A DNA stretch of 64,000 nucleotides from Treponemataceae bacterium (GCA_963678065.2 CAXXVZ010000005.1:704001-768000); one strand, 5' to 3'. Counted from the first letter of the stretch, positions 50,012 through 60,235 are shown. The notes: generated from the sequence alone by a model not told the origin. Numbers and translations are program-made.

Positions 50012-50521
50012 CAGTATTTTGTATTTGTATAGATCATGTTTTCCTGTTTCATTTTCAAAAGCACTAGATTCTATACATATTCGTTTCATACCAGCTTTTT
50101 CAAGAACTTTCCAACTCCCAATATTTTCAATTACAGCTTCAGCAATTATTGTTTTGGCATTTTTTTCCTGGAAACCACATCTTATTAAAGCTTTTGCAAT
50201 TTCAGTTCCATATCCTTTTCCCCATTTGTCTTCTCGTAAATGATAGAATATTCCATATTCTGTAGCATCATTTCCTGAATTATTACCACCACAGTATCCA
50301 ATTATTTTATTTTTTTCTTTTACTACAAATGGACCAATGGAATTATTTTTAATCCACGCAAGTTGTCTATTTATTCTTTTGATACAATCATCAACAGATT
50401 GAATATTCCTGATAAAAGTATATTTTGTGACTGCGTAATTTACCCATATTGGGAATAAATCTATTGCATCATCAACATTAACTACAAAGAATGATAACCG
50501 ATTAGTGTTTAAACAACTCAT
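50012..50521 (-). CDS. RimJ/RimL-type GNAT (cassette gene); 3' end hit by the IS1182
   Basis: ATG 50521 with GGAG upstream; WGKGYGTE, NIGSWKVLEKAGM; frame runs into the IS at CTAG. Confidence 0.8.
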
Positions 50522-50678
50522 TATAAATAAACTCCGTAGAAGGAATATTAGTAAAATATCTATTTTTTCTGCCGCCCACAGGGCCCTTATAACATCTTTT
50601 TATGCCCCCATAGTAAATATATGCGAATAATGATTCAAACATATAGTTAACATCAGAGATCCGCCCCAAAAACATTGC

Positions 50679-50813
50679 ATCTAACGTTTTGTGCCTCTGA
50701 CGTTTCGGACCGCATCGGCGGGCCGAAATGTGCCTGAGTGAAGTGAGCGCATGCGAGCGGAACGATGGCCGAGGAGCCATGAAATGGCGACGAGCAGGGG
50801 CACGGTGTTAGGC
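50679..50813 (-). repeat. attC-like site 1 (divergent copy)
   Basis: + strand ATCTAAC...GTTAGGC, 135 bp. Confidence 0.82.
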
Positions 50814-50833
50814 GATGTGTGTGCGCGACTGTC

Positions 50834-51232
50834 TTACCAAATTACTTTTAGTCCATCTTCTTCATATTTTTTAAAATTTTCATCTTTACTTATTATTCCC
50901 ATCTTTCTATGAAGTGCTTGCCATATCAACATTCGATCAAATGGATCTTTATGATCCTCATAATAACTCAATTCATTATATGTACTGGATTCATCTTCAT
51001 CCAAAGTAATTATTGAACCCAATTGTTTCGCATATTTTGGTAAATCCTTGATCTCTATTCCTTCCAAGGTATATCGGTGCATTCGAACTTTTATCGCTAT
51101 TTCCCAAAATGAAATAGTGCTGATATAGATTCCAGTATCTTTATTTTTAAGTATATCAGATACTCTTTTACTTAACTTATCAGAATCCAATATAGACCAA
51201 ATAAATGTATGTGTATCAAGTAAATACATCAT
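50834..51232 (-). CDS. PIN-domain toxin (VapC-like)
   Basis: YLLDTHTFIW, STISFWEIAIK, HKDPFDRMLIWQA. Confidence 0.92.
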   Translation of the reverse strand: MMYLLDTHTFIWSILDSDKLSKRVSDILKNKDTGIYISTISFWEIAIKVRMHRYTLEGIEIKDLPKYAKQLGSIITLDEDESSTYNELSYYEDHKDPFDRMLIWQALHRKMGIISKDENFKKYEEDGLKVIW

Positions 51233-51235
51233 ATT

Positions 51236-51463
51236 TTATCCCAAAAACTCTTCAACAGTAATTTTCCCATCTCCCATGATGGAAAATGATGCTTTCCCAT
51301 TGAGCATACCTATTTTTCGTTGTTTTTTTTCTTCATTCGGTACAAGCATTGCGATAGGTTTTTTTGCTTTCCCATACAGTATCCTAACTTTTTCTCCATG
51401 CTTTACGAGTTCAAGGAGTTCAGAAAAGTGGCTCTTGAATTCTCCAACCGTCATCTCTTTCAT
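51236..51463 (-). CDS. Phd/YefM-type antitoxin
   Basis: MKEMTVGEFKSHFSELLELVKHGEKVRI; true start 51463 (the ORF-track extension lies inside attC 2). Confidence 0.87.
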   Translation of the reverse strand: MKEMTVGEFKSHFSELLELVKHGEKVRILYGKAKKPIAMLVPNEEKKQRKIGMLNGKASFSIMGDGKITVEEFLG

Positions 51464-51469
51464 ATCCCA

Positions 51470-51498
51470 AGTATACGTTATTCTTTTCAAGTTGTCAA
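51470..51498 (-). promoter_or_regulatory. Cassette-internal sigma70 promoter, probably leaderless transcript
   Basis: TTGACA-17-TATACT, then 6 nt to the ATG. Confidence 0.72.
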
Positions 51499-51520
51499 CT
51501 ATATCTCGCGCACACATTTC

Positions 51521-51660
51521 GCCTAACGTTTCCGGCCTGCGACGTTTTGGCCCGCATCGGCGGGACAAAATGTGCCTGAATGAAACGAGCGCATGCGAGT
51601 GCAATGAAGGCCGAAGAAGGAGCCGAAGGCGACTGATGAGCGTGGGCAGTGCTGTTATGT
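51521..51660 (-). repeat. attC-like site 2
   Basis: GCCTAAC...GTTATGT, 140 bp. Confidence 0.88.
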
Positions 51661-51683
51661 GAAGTTTCCCCCGATCTTCAACC

Positions 51684-52136
51684 CTATTCCTTTATCTTTT
51701 CCTGTTTTTTATCTTTTATCTCATGCTTCATGATTTCCAAATATTCTTCTGCATTTACTATACTCATCTCCTTTCCAACATAATCATCCCCATTTCTTGT
51801 TATCAAAACACTGATGCCATGTTCAAGTGCTGCATAATATTGTATTGTATCTTCTAGATCTTTGAACTTCGATGCCAATACCAAATCTATTATTTTTTCA
51901 TCAACATTCACTAGTTTGGTTAATAATCTTAATTTCCGAAGATGCAGCAAGGCTAGTTCTTGCCCTAACCCTTTTTTCACTATGTAATACAAATTTGAAA
52001 ATATCACAGGACTGATATACGCTTCAATTTTTCCCTTTTCTGCCAGTGAGAATAGTGTTGCTGCCGCTGGATAAAATGGCTGACGTTTCAGAAACATATC
52101 CAGGATGATATCCGTATCGATAAATACCTTATTCAT
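51684..52136 (-). CDS. PIN-domain toxin
   Basis: VFIDTDIILD, KDLEDTIQYYAA, LITRNGDDY. Confidence 0.9.
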   Translation of the reverse strand: MNKVFIDTDIILDMFLKRQPFYPAAATLFSLAEKGKIEAYISPVIFSNLYYIVKKGLGQELALLHLRKLRLLTKLVNVDEKIIDLVLASKFKDLEDTIQYYAALEHGISVLITRNGDDYVGKEMSIVNAEEYLEIMKHEIKDKKQEKIKE

Positions 52137-52378
52137 TTGTATTTATCCGTGAGATAGTCCACATATCCATCATCCATTGCCGAAATATCCACAGCATCAA
52201 GAATTCCAGATAATTCCATAACCAGAGGCGAATAGTGGGGTTCAGTTTTATCTTCAAGCGCAAGGATTTTGAAGTAGTCTTCAACTAATCGGGAAAGACT
52301 TCGTTTCCGTTTTTGAGCATATACTTTGGCGGTTTCTATGACCGTTTGATCCAACTTGAGAGTCAGTTTTGTTTCCAT
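52133..52378 (-). CDS. DUF6364-like RHH antitoxin
   Basis: METKLTLKLDQTVIETAKVYAQKRKRSLSRLVEDYF; ATGA overlap with the PIN gene. Confidence 0.85.
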   Translation of the reverse strand: METKLTLKLDQTVIETAKVYAQKRKRSLSRLVEDYFKILALEDKTEPHYSPLVMELSGILDAVDISAMDDGYVDYLTDKYK

Positions 52379-52389
52379 ACATTACCTCG

Positions 52390-52427
52390 ATACGTATAAT
52401 ACTAATAAACAAAATACGTATTGTCAA
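52390..52427 (-). promoter_or_regulatory. Promoter with two palindromic operator candidates
   Basis: TTGACA-17-TAGTAT; palindrome ATACGTAT at 52390-97 and 52414-21. Confidence 0.68.
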
Positions 52428-52461
52428 TATCTTTCTCGTACTCTCTCTCGGGGGAAATTTC

Positions 52462-52602
52462 ACATAACGTTTGCCTGCTACGACGTTGTGGCGAGCATCG
52501 GCGAGCCACAATGTGCCTGAGCGAAACGAGCGCAAGCGAGTGTAGCGAATGGCCGAAGAAGGAGCCGCAGGCGACTGATGAGCGTGGGCAGCGCTGTTAG
52601 GT
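52462..52602 (-). repeat. attC-like site 3
   Basis: ACATAAC...GTTAGGT, 141 bp. Confidence 0.88.
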
Positions 52603-52646
52603 GCTGTGCTCCGGCTAATTTTAAATTATGTAATTTGATATTATAT

Positions 52647-53585
52647 CTATAAATAAGGACCCAAGAACTTATCTCCATTGAAATGAATCATGTGAGTTGG
52701 ATTATCAGAAACCCAAACTTCTGTTTCCCAAGCGATTTCTGATACATATTTTGCCATTACTTGTTTATTAGGGAAAGCAGTAACATATACCTTACTCATT
52801 TTTGAAGCTTTGAATAAACGATTCAATTCTATATGTCGCTTGCTATCAACAGGACCATGACTTGTTACAGATTCCACTAAAACCAACCATTTCTTTTGAG
52901 GAAGATAAAATATTACATCTGGCATTTTCCCATGCTGATCAACATCTATACCGATATTTTTAGCATTCGTTTTATCGAAATAGCCCCATTTATCTCCCGT
53001 ATCACCAATATAAATCAGTATTGCGTCATGCAAAAAACGTGGTGCGAATTGTTCAATAATATCCTTTATGAGATTGTTATGATCTCCAGGACTTAACCTA
53101 ATATTTGATATATTATCAAATATTACTGGAATCATTAACATTTTTCTTTCATTCGAATACCTTTCTGCCAAAAAACCAATATCTTTATGAAATTCATCTA
53201 AAGTAATAATATATTCGTATGATTTATAATTTTTTACAACACTAAGAGCAGCAGGGGATATTTGATATACTGCCTTAGGACTATTAACAGGTCGCTCTGG
53301 ATTGTCAGGGTTGTATAAAGCTATTCCTGCCTCTACAAGTTGATGCATGCTAAATCTACGAAATGTCTCTCTGGAATTGGGAGCATATTCCTTTTGGTAG
53401 TATTCTCTTGCATATTCCATCATCGGAGTTATTCCAATAAGTGGATCTTCAGCTTCTTCCCATTTTGAATTTTCTTTAATATTTAATAATGCTAACAAAC
53501 AAAGGGCTGTTCGCTCATTCTGTTGACCTTTAGGTACTTTCAGATCAGAGAGAATTTTCAATGCTTCCTTAATCTTTTCATTCAT
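52647..53585 (-). CDS. BsuBI/PstI-family type II restriction endonuclease
   Basis: YAPNSRETFRR, VNSPK, HGKMPDV, ESVTSHGPV, IAWETEVW. Confidence 0.9.
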   Translation of the reverse strand: MNEKIKEALKILSDLKVPKGQQNERTALCLLALLNIKENSKWEEAEDPLIGITPMMEYAREYYQKEYAPNSRETFRRFSMHQLVEAGIALYNPDNPERPVNSPKAVYQISPAALSVVKNYKSYEYIITLDEFHKDIGFLAERYSNERKMLMIPVIFDNISNIRLSPGDHNNLIKDIIEQFAPRFLHDAILIYIGDTGDKWGYFDKTNAKNIGIDVDQHGKMPDVIFYLPQKKWLVLVESVTSHGPVDSKRHIELNRLFKASKMSKVYVTAFPNKQVMAKYVSEIAWETEVWVSDNPTHMIHFNGDKFLGPYL

Positions 53586-55062
53586 ATTCTTTCATCACCT
53601 TCATAAATATATCATCCAAATCCGTTTCGGCATTTTTGAAATATTCTATTCCCATATTTTCTATCTGCTCTTTCGTAGGATATTTTATATTTTTCAGATC
53701 AGTGGCATTGACTTGAGTATGTCCACTAAACTCTCTAAATTTTTTATCAAAATATTCAGTATTAAGGTATACATATAAACCACCAGCTAAATATTTATCA
53801 ATACCATGTTTATTCTTGTGAATAATATTAAGATGATTCTCTGCTGTAAAGTATTCGCCTTTTATATCATTATCTAGTAATAAAAAAGCCTTAATTCTTT
53901 TTTTTTCTTCTTTTGAGGAAAATCTTTTAACTAAAACATAACAACCATTTGTATATGCTATTTTTGATTTTTCATCATCAGTCAAAATGATAGAATTGGG
54001 CTTTTTAGAAACAACTGGCCATATTAACCCATTACCTTTAAAATGAATGGGATAAAGCAAGGGTATTGAATTACTAGAAAGACCACTAACCAATTTTTCT
54101 TTCATTCGAAAATCCACAATTGGACCAGTAGATATTTCTATTCCAAGTTCCATAAATTTGGTAAATATATTATTTTCTTTTTTTATTTTATCCGATACCA
54201 ATGCTGGTATGCGTATATATTTATCTTCATCATGACTATTTACAATCTTACTAAATTCAAAAAATGATTCTGAATAATCGTTTAATGATTTATCCTCAGA
54301 TGAGCTAATGCAAACATTGGGTGGTTGATCATTACCTTTCCGAAGAACAACTATAACATTTTCTTGTAATACTGATTCCTCTTTAAAAGCATCTCTTCGA
54401 GAATTAAAGGTATGTATTTGGATTATTTCTGTTTGTTTTAAAATAAATTTTCTGAATGGGAAAAAATACAACCCATTGCAAAAGCTTCTAGGAAGAATAG
54501 CAACAACAACTCCATTTTTTTGAAGTTGCAAAATGGAAACTGCCAAAAACGCCGAATAAAGATTTGCTGTCTCAACGCCAATATCTCTTAGTGATAAACG
54601 ATATTCAGAATTGCTATTGATTTTTTTATATGGAGGATTCATAATTATATGTGAATATTTTTTATTTAATCCCCAGCCGATATCATAAGCAGAATTTTTT
54701 ATAAAATCCGATTGGATAAGTTTTATTGAAATATTCGAATATTTTTTATACCTGTTTATAACACTATTCAAGTTTTGAATTATTGTTTTATCAAATTCAT
54801 ATGCATCAATATTGATACATCCGGAAAATGATGATTCAATTTTTTTTTCAAGAAAAGCAGAAAACAAAATTCCCAAACCAGCGCCAGGATCAAGTAATTC
54901 GATATTCCCTTCACTATGGCCGTATTTTATCAATAGTGCTGCCATAAAGTTTGCAATTTCTATTGGTGTTAAATATTGACCATATATAGCTTTGTGAGTT
55001 TTTTTTGTTGTAGAAATGCGCTGAGATCGTAAACTATCTAAATGCATCAGGGTATTCATCAC
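53578..55062 (-). CDS. N6-adenine DNA methyltransferase (BsuBI/PstI/Eco57I-like, gamma class)
   Basis: GQYLTP, LLDPGAGLG (motif I), IMNPPY (motif IV), STGPIVDFR, SGHTQVNATDL. Confidence 0.9.
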   Translation of the reverse strand: MMNTLMHLDSLRSQRISTTKKTHKAIYGQYLTPIEIANFMAALLIKYGHSEGNIELLDPGAGLGILFSAFLEKKIESSFSGCINIDAYEFDKTIIQNLNSVINRYKKYSNISIKLIQSDFIKNSAYDIGWGLNKKYSHIIMNPPYKKINSNSEYRLSLRDIGVETANLYSAFLAVSILQLQKNGVVVAILPRSFCNGLYFFPFRKFILKQTEIIQIHTFNSRRDAFKEESVLQENVIVVLRKGNDQPPNVCISSSEDKSLNDYSESFFEFSKIVNSHDEDKYIRIPALVSDKIKKENNIFTKFMELGIEISTGPIVDFRMKEKLVSGLSSNSIPLLYPIHFKGNGLIWPVVSKKPNSIILTDDEKSKIAYTNGCYVLVKRFSSKEEKKRIKAFLLLDNDIKGEYFTAENHLNIIHKNKHGIDKYLAGGLYVYLNTEYFDKKFREFSGHTQVNATDLKNIKYPTKEQIENMGIEYFKNAETDLDDIFMKVMKEYE

Positions 55063-55119
55063 TTAGTAGTTTATTCTGAAATCTACTATAGTTCAACTGT
55101 AGCTGACATTATATAGCTA

Positions 55120-56871
55120 CCTGAAATCCCGGGAATAATTTAACCTACAAGACATTTTACGCATAGAACAGAAATAATTCCCACTATTATCACGACATAC
55201 ATAGTGACAGGTCCTTCAGGTGTAGGCATAATGTGTTTAACCTACACAAAGAGGGACTGCCATGTCATGCATAGTCCACCAGAAAGTCGGTCAGCACACC
55301 TACCTGTATGAGTCAGTCTCCTACCGTGATGAACGGGGTAAGCCACGGGCGCATCGGGTTCCCATCGGAAAAGTAGACCCGGAAACGGGACAGGAAATCT
55401 ACAAGCAGGAATACGTGTCGCGTATGGCAGCAGCGGGAACTCCGATCGCTGTCTATTCGCCACCACCGACTTTCACAGAACAGGATGTGCAAAAATCCTC
55501 AGTCCTGCATACCGGCATGGCCCTTTTGCTGAAGCAGTGTGCACAACAAACCGGACTTTCCGAAGTTTTGCGCGATGCATTCCCCCAGACACACGAACTT
55601 TTATTTGCACGTGCCTGCCACATCGTCTGCCGCGGGGAACCGTCCGCATATTGCGAGCAGTGGCTGGAAGACACCGACCTCACGGTTCCCGCCCGGCTCA
55701 GCTCGCAACGGATTTCGGATCTTGTGTCTTCACTGCCAGCATCCCAGGTTCTGCGGTTTTATCAGGCATGGGTCGCCACGCGCAGTGAACAGGAATATCT
55801 GGCGCTGGATATCACCAGCATCTCGTCGTATTCACAGCTCATCGACGATGTGGACTGGGGATACAATCGCGATCAGGAAAAACTGCCACAGGTGAATATC
55901 TGTCTGCTCACCGGGGAAGAGTCACACCTTCCCGTGCGCATGGTTGTCTATGACGGAAGCATCAAGGACGTGAACACTCTGAGAACGACGATGGCCGGTC
56001 TCACCGACGGTATCGGATCAAAGGTTCGCATCGTCACCGACAAGGGCTTCACCAGCAAACGGAATATCGAAGCCATGCTCGCGTTCGGGAATGTGGAGTT
56101 CATCATGGCCCTCCCGTTCACGCTCACCTTTGCGGAAAACCAGGTGCGCAGCGAGAAAAAGGATATCGCGGATATCCGGAATACCATGATGAGCGGCAGC
56201 GATGTCTTCTATGGCGTGACCAAGCGGCGTACATGGGGCACAACGGAGCTGTATACCCACATCTGCTATAACGAGGTGAAAGCGACTCGTGAACGGAACC
56301 ATCTGTATGGCTATGTCGCGAACCTGCGATCGCAGGCGCTGTGCGACCCGTGGAACGAGAAACTGAAAGCCGAGTTTGCAGAATATCTCATCATCAGAAA
56401 ATCGGAGAAGCGAGAGGATGGAGTCACGGTCAGTATCCGCCAGGATGTGGTGGACGAGCATCTGGCTCATGCCGGGTGGATGGTGTGCGTGAGCAATTCC
56501 GTGGATACCGTGCAGGAAGCGATCAGGATCTACCGGGCAAAGGATGTGGTGGAAAAAAGCTTTCTGCGCACCAAGAACAGCCTGGGTATCAACCGGCTAC
56601 GGGTACACTCCCAGCAAGCGATGGATGGAATGATGCTGGTAGCCTTCATCGCATTGATTCTCAACAGTCATATCCATCGGATCATGCTGGAGAAAAACCT
56701 GTACCGGAACATGAGCATGACGGATCTGGTGAAGACGATGGAGAAACTCAAGGTCATGGTCATCGGTGATACGCGAATCGATTTCCCTGCTACCAAGAAA
56801 CAAAAAGAGATTGCAGAGGCTTTCGGTCTCACGAGCCTTTCGGTAGGTTAAATAATAGGCGGGATTTCAGG
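55120..56871 (+). mobile_element. IS1634-family insertion sequence
   Basis: 28-bp imperfect IR starting CCTGAAATCCCG (24/28 match); 6-bp target duplication TAGCTA (55114-19, 56872-77). Confidence 0.88.
55262..56851 (+). CDS. IS1634-family transposase
   Basis: YLYESVSYRD, LDITSISSYS, WGYNRD, DKGF, YRAKDVVEKSF. Confidence 0.88.
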   Translation: MSCIVHQKVGQHTYLYESVSYRDERGKPRAHRVPIGKVDPETGQEIYKQEYVSRMAAAGTPIAVYSPPPTFTEQDVQKSSVLHTGMALLLKQCAQQTGLSEVLRDAFPQTHELLFARACHIVCRGEPSAYCEQWLEDTDLTVPARLSSQRISDLVSSLPASQVLRFYQAWVATRSEQEYLALDITSISSYSQLIDDVDWGYNRDQEKLPQVNICLLTGEESHLPVRMVVYDGSIKDVNTLRTTMAGLTDGIGSKVRIVTDKGFTSKRNIEAMLAFGNVEFIMALPFTLTFAENQVRSEKKDIADIRNTMMSGSDVFYGVTKRRTWGTTELYTHICYNEVKATRERNHLYGYVANLRSQALCDPWNEKLKAEFAEYLIIRKSEKREDGVTVSIRQDVVDEHLAHAGWMVCVSNSVDTVQEAIRIYRAKDVVEKSFLRTKNSLGINRLRVHSQQAMDGMMLVAFIALILNSHIHRIMLEKNLYRNMSMTDLVKTMEKLKVMVIGDTRIDFPATKKQKEIAEAFGLTSLSVG

Positions 56872-56903
56872 TAGCTATTATATTTTTGTTGCCGGAGCAT
56901 TGC

Positions 56904-57044
56904 ACCTAACGTTTGCCTGCCTACGACGTTGTGGCGAGCATCGGCGAGCCACAATGTGCCTGAATGGAACGAGCGCATGCGAGTGAAATGAAGGCCGAAG
57001 AAGGAGCCGCAGGCGACTGATGAGCGTGGGCAGTGCTGTTATGT
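56904..57044 (-). repeat. attC-like site 4
   Basis: ACCTAAC...GTTATGT, 141 bp. Confidence 0.88.
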
Positions 57045-57754
57045 GCTGTGTTTTTGGGGCACACCCAGTTTCTTCTCTTCATTTCGATAATTCTTATTCC
57101 TTTACTCTTAACCCTTTGTCTTTGCTTTTCAATACTTTATTCTGATACATAAGTATTTTATTTCTCTATACCATAGCTATTTATATACTTTGACCTGGCC
57201 TCTTTTATTGTATCCTATTACCTATATATTTTATCCCTAACTTTATATTTATGGTTCGACTATTATAGTTCAGTACACGTTTTTCGATGTTTCCAATTCA
57301 AAAATCTATCATTGTTACTCATAAACCATATAGTACATAATACCACCCAATATTTTTCTCTACTTCAAAATCACTTTTTTTGGATTCACCTATTTCATGG
57401 GACATATCTCATGAGAAAAATAGCAGCACCTTAGAAAAGCGTTTTGAACTCTATGATTATCCCATATTCAAGAATCGTATCTTTTTTCTATACCATTTTT
57501 TGTACTGCACATACCAACAACACTGAATATAGCACTGATCCACAATTACTACAGGATTGTTTATTACTAACTCTTTCGTTTTTAGTACAACATGACTTAT
57601 GAATTTACCTTGTAGTCAATGGGGAATATCGCAATTCACTTTGTCCTACTAATGAAAGATTTAGTAACTCAATATCAGGAGATCCTATTTTTGAATACTC
57701 TGACGTCATTCAGGATCATACAGTTCAGTAAGAGATCCGCCCCAAAAACATTGC
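57045..57754. other. ORF-less AT-rich cassette (~710 bp)
   Basis: Bounded by matching cassette ends; the ORF track shows no ORF of 60 aa or more wholly inside it. Confidence 0.7.
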
Positions 57755-57853
57755 ACATAACGTTCGCCTGCCTACGATGTTGTGGCGAGCATCGGCGAGC
57801 CACAATGTGCCTGAGTGAAGCGAGCGCATGCGAGTGAAACGAAGGCCGAAGAA
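57755..57853 (-). repeat. attC-like site 5, left part (interrupted by IS21)
   Basis: ACATAAC...GGCCGAAGAA, then the IS21 end. Confidence 0.82.
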
Positions 57854-57950
57854 GTGGAAATGGTAAACTGAATTCCCCAGCAGTTGGCAAATAGGATTCC
57901 CCACCCACAGGGGCCTTGGCCGCTATGCTTGCGAGCATGCGGCACAAGAA

Positions 57951-59498
57951 ATGATTACCATGAAGGACTACAACATCGTACGAACAGGGCACAGGCAAGG
58001 ACTCACAGTCAGCGCACTAGCGGTAAAACTTGGCAAGGACCGCAAGACCGTGAGAAAGTACCTGCGCATGGACAATGACCAATTCTTACGGTATCTCGAG
58101 CGAATGGCAGAACGCGGTAAGGCTTTTTCGGTCTACAAGGACGAAATCCTCGAGATTTTTAAAAAGAACCACGAAGGCAGAATGGTCTACTCATCGTCCG
58201 TCCACGACTACTTAAGCGAGAAATACGGAGAGCTTCCAGGCTCGGACCGTACGTTGCGGAACTACCTGACGTATCTCAAGGCATCCGGTGCGATTAAGGT
58301 GGGCCTGTGTCGGGAATATCGTCCTGTGGAGCCTCTGGCCTACGGCAAGCAGGCTCAGATTGATTTCGGCGTAGAGACGACGAACATCGGAAAGGCTTGG
58401 TTTGTTGTCGTAGTACTCTCACGAAGCCGTTACCGCTACGTAGCGGCCCAATCCAGGCCCTTTACCAGCGAGGATGTGATCGGCCATCTCCTGGACGCCT
58501 TCGAGTTTTTTGGCGGTATCACCGAAGAACTCGTCATGGATCAGGACCGGACAATGATTGTGACGGAAAACCTTGGCGACCTCACGACGACAAAAGCCTT
58601 TGCTGAGTTCGTCGCAGAACAGGGACTGCGGCTTCGTGTCTGCCGTGCGGCCGATCCGGAATCGAAAGGAAAGGTCGAGAATGCGGTCAAATACGTCAAA
58701 ACGAGCTATTTCTCGAGCCGCAGCTTCGCGACCTTCGACGAACTCCAGGCAGGCATGCGCAAATGGCTCTTACGAGTGAACGCAAAACTGAGCCAAGCCA
58801 CGCGTCTCATGCCGCTCGCGGACTTCGAAGCGCACGAGAAACCCATCTTGCGGGCGCTCCGAGCGTCTATTTTCCGCGCGGACACCGCATCGGGCTGCCG
58901 AGAGAGCCGTAACGTGGATCAGAAAAGCCTTATATCGATCGCCGCGACCAGGTACTCGGTGCCGAACTCGTACCGGCTCAACGAGGTCACTATCGAGCGC
59001 AAGGACGGACTCATCCTGGTATTCGATACGAAGACGGGTATCCAGATCGCGGCGCATCGCGAAGCGGCAACACCCGGCGGAACGGTGCTGGACAAGGCTC
59101 ACTATCGCGATCGCGAAGGATCCCAGGAAACGCTCCGCGCGGATCTTGTCGCCGCAGTAGATGATCTTCCCGAGTGGGGGAGCTTCGTCGATGGTATCTA
59201 TACCGAGTATCGACGCTACTTCCGGGAGCACGCTGGCCGACTTCGGAAGCTTCTCAAGCGCAACATCGACAGAGAGAAACTCGTGCTTGCATTGAAGTTC
59301 TGCCTGGATAGAGGACTTGCAAGCGCCCAGGATCTCATCGACGCGGTCAACAGCACGACGCCAGTGCCCGCAGTGGCGCCTTCGCCGTACCGCGGCCTTC
59401 ATCAAACCAGAGACCTTCCACTAGTTGCCACACGCTCGGTCAGCGAGTATCAGCGATTCCTCGACGCGCTCGTCGATACGCAGAGGCACGAAGAATGA
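57951..59498 (+). CDS. istA: IS21 transposase IstA
   Basis: HTH DRKTVRKYL, AQIDFG, SRSRYRY, PESKGKVENAVKYVK. Confidence 0.92.
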   Translation: MITMKDYNIVRTGHRQGLTVSALAVKLGKDRKTVRKYLRMDNDQFLRYLERMAERGKAFSVYKDEILEIFKKNHEGRMVYSSSVHDYLSEKYGELPGSDRTLRNYLTYLKASGAIKVGLCREYRPVEPLAYGKQAQIDFGVETTNIGKAWFVVVVLSRSRYRYVAAQSRPFTSEDVIGHLLDAFEFFGGITEELVMDQDRTMIVTENLGDLTTTKAFAEFVAEQGLRLRVCRAADPESKGKVENAVKYVKTSYFSSRSFATFDELQAGMRKWLLRVNAKLSQATRLMPLADFEAHEKPILRALRASIFRADTASGCRESRNVDQKSLISIAATRYSVPNSYRLNEVTIERKDGLILVFDTKTGIQIAAHREAATPGGTVLDKAHYRDREGSQETLRADLVAAVDDLPEWGSFVDGIYTEYRRYFREHAGRLRKLLKRNIDREKLVLALKFCLDRGLASAQDLIDAVNSTTPVPAVAPSPYRGLHQTRDLPLVATRSVSEYQRFLDALVDTQRHEE

Positions 59499-60235
59499 GC
59501 GCCCTCGCAGAATCCGCTCGTAAACTGGAGTCCCTGCGGCTTCGTGGCGCGTCGTCACGGCTTCCTGAGCTTCTTAAACAAGCTGAAAGCGGGGGACTGA
59601 CATGCCTTGCCTTCCTCGAGACCCTCGTGGACGTCGAACTACAGGATCGCGGCGACAGGCGCCTCAAACGAGGCCTCGCCATGGCCCATTTTCCCGTCGT
59701 AAAGCGCCTCGAGGATTTCAAACTCGGCCGAGTAGCAGGAATTGGAAAACGAGACCTCTCTGAGCTCACCGAGTGCTCTTGGATAGACCGTCACGAGAAC
59801 CTTCTGCTCTTCGGGCCTCCTGGACTCGGAAAGACCCATCTCGCAATCGCTCTTGGCCATGTGGCCGTACGCAAAGGCTATTCGGTTTGTTACGAGCGCA
59901 TGACCTCACTGGTGAAGCTCCTCGTGCGCTCTGACGCCGCACGCAGCGCTCAGTTCAGGCTAAGCCGGCTCGCGAAGGCCAACCTCATGATCATTGATGA
60001 GATTGGCTACACTCCTATCGAGCGCAAGGAAGCCAATCTCTTTTTCACCTTCGTCTCGGATCTCTATGAACGTGCCTCTATCGTCGTGACGAGCAACAAG
60101 GACCTGAACTCTTGGTCAGAACTCATGGGCGACGAGGTTATGACCGCAGCCCTGTTGGATCGTCTCATGCATCACGCAAAGATTTTCTCCCTGTCAGGGG
60201 AGTCATATCGCATCTCTGCAAAGAAGGAGGAATAA
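59495..60235 (+). CDS. istB: IS21 ATPase IstB
   Basis: GPPGLGKTHLA, IIDEIGY, VTSN, LLDRLMHH. Confidence 0.94.
   Translation: MSALAESARKLESLRLRGASSRLPELLKQAESGGLTCLAFLETLVDVELQDRGDRRLKRGLAMAHFPVVKRLEDFKLGRVAGIGKRDLSELTECSWIDRHENLLLFGPPGLGKTHLAIALGHVAVRKGYSVCYERMTSLVKLLVRSDAARSAQFRLSRLAKANLMIIDEIGYTPIERKEANLFFTFVSDLYERASIVVTSNKDLNSWSELMGDEVMTAALLDRLMHHAKIFSLSGESYRISAKKEE

Noticed and set aside
51464..51604. N-terminal extensions and small ORFs read through attC repeats (also 63834..63905, 50502..50780, 57675..57998, 60240..60641)
   Set aside because: They translate the repeat itself; real starts have an RBS or promoter inside the cassette.
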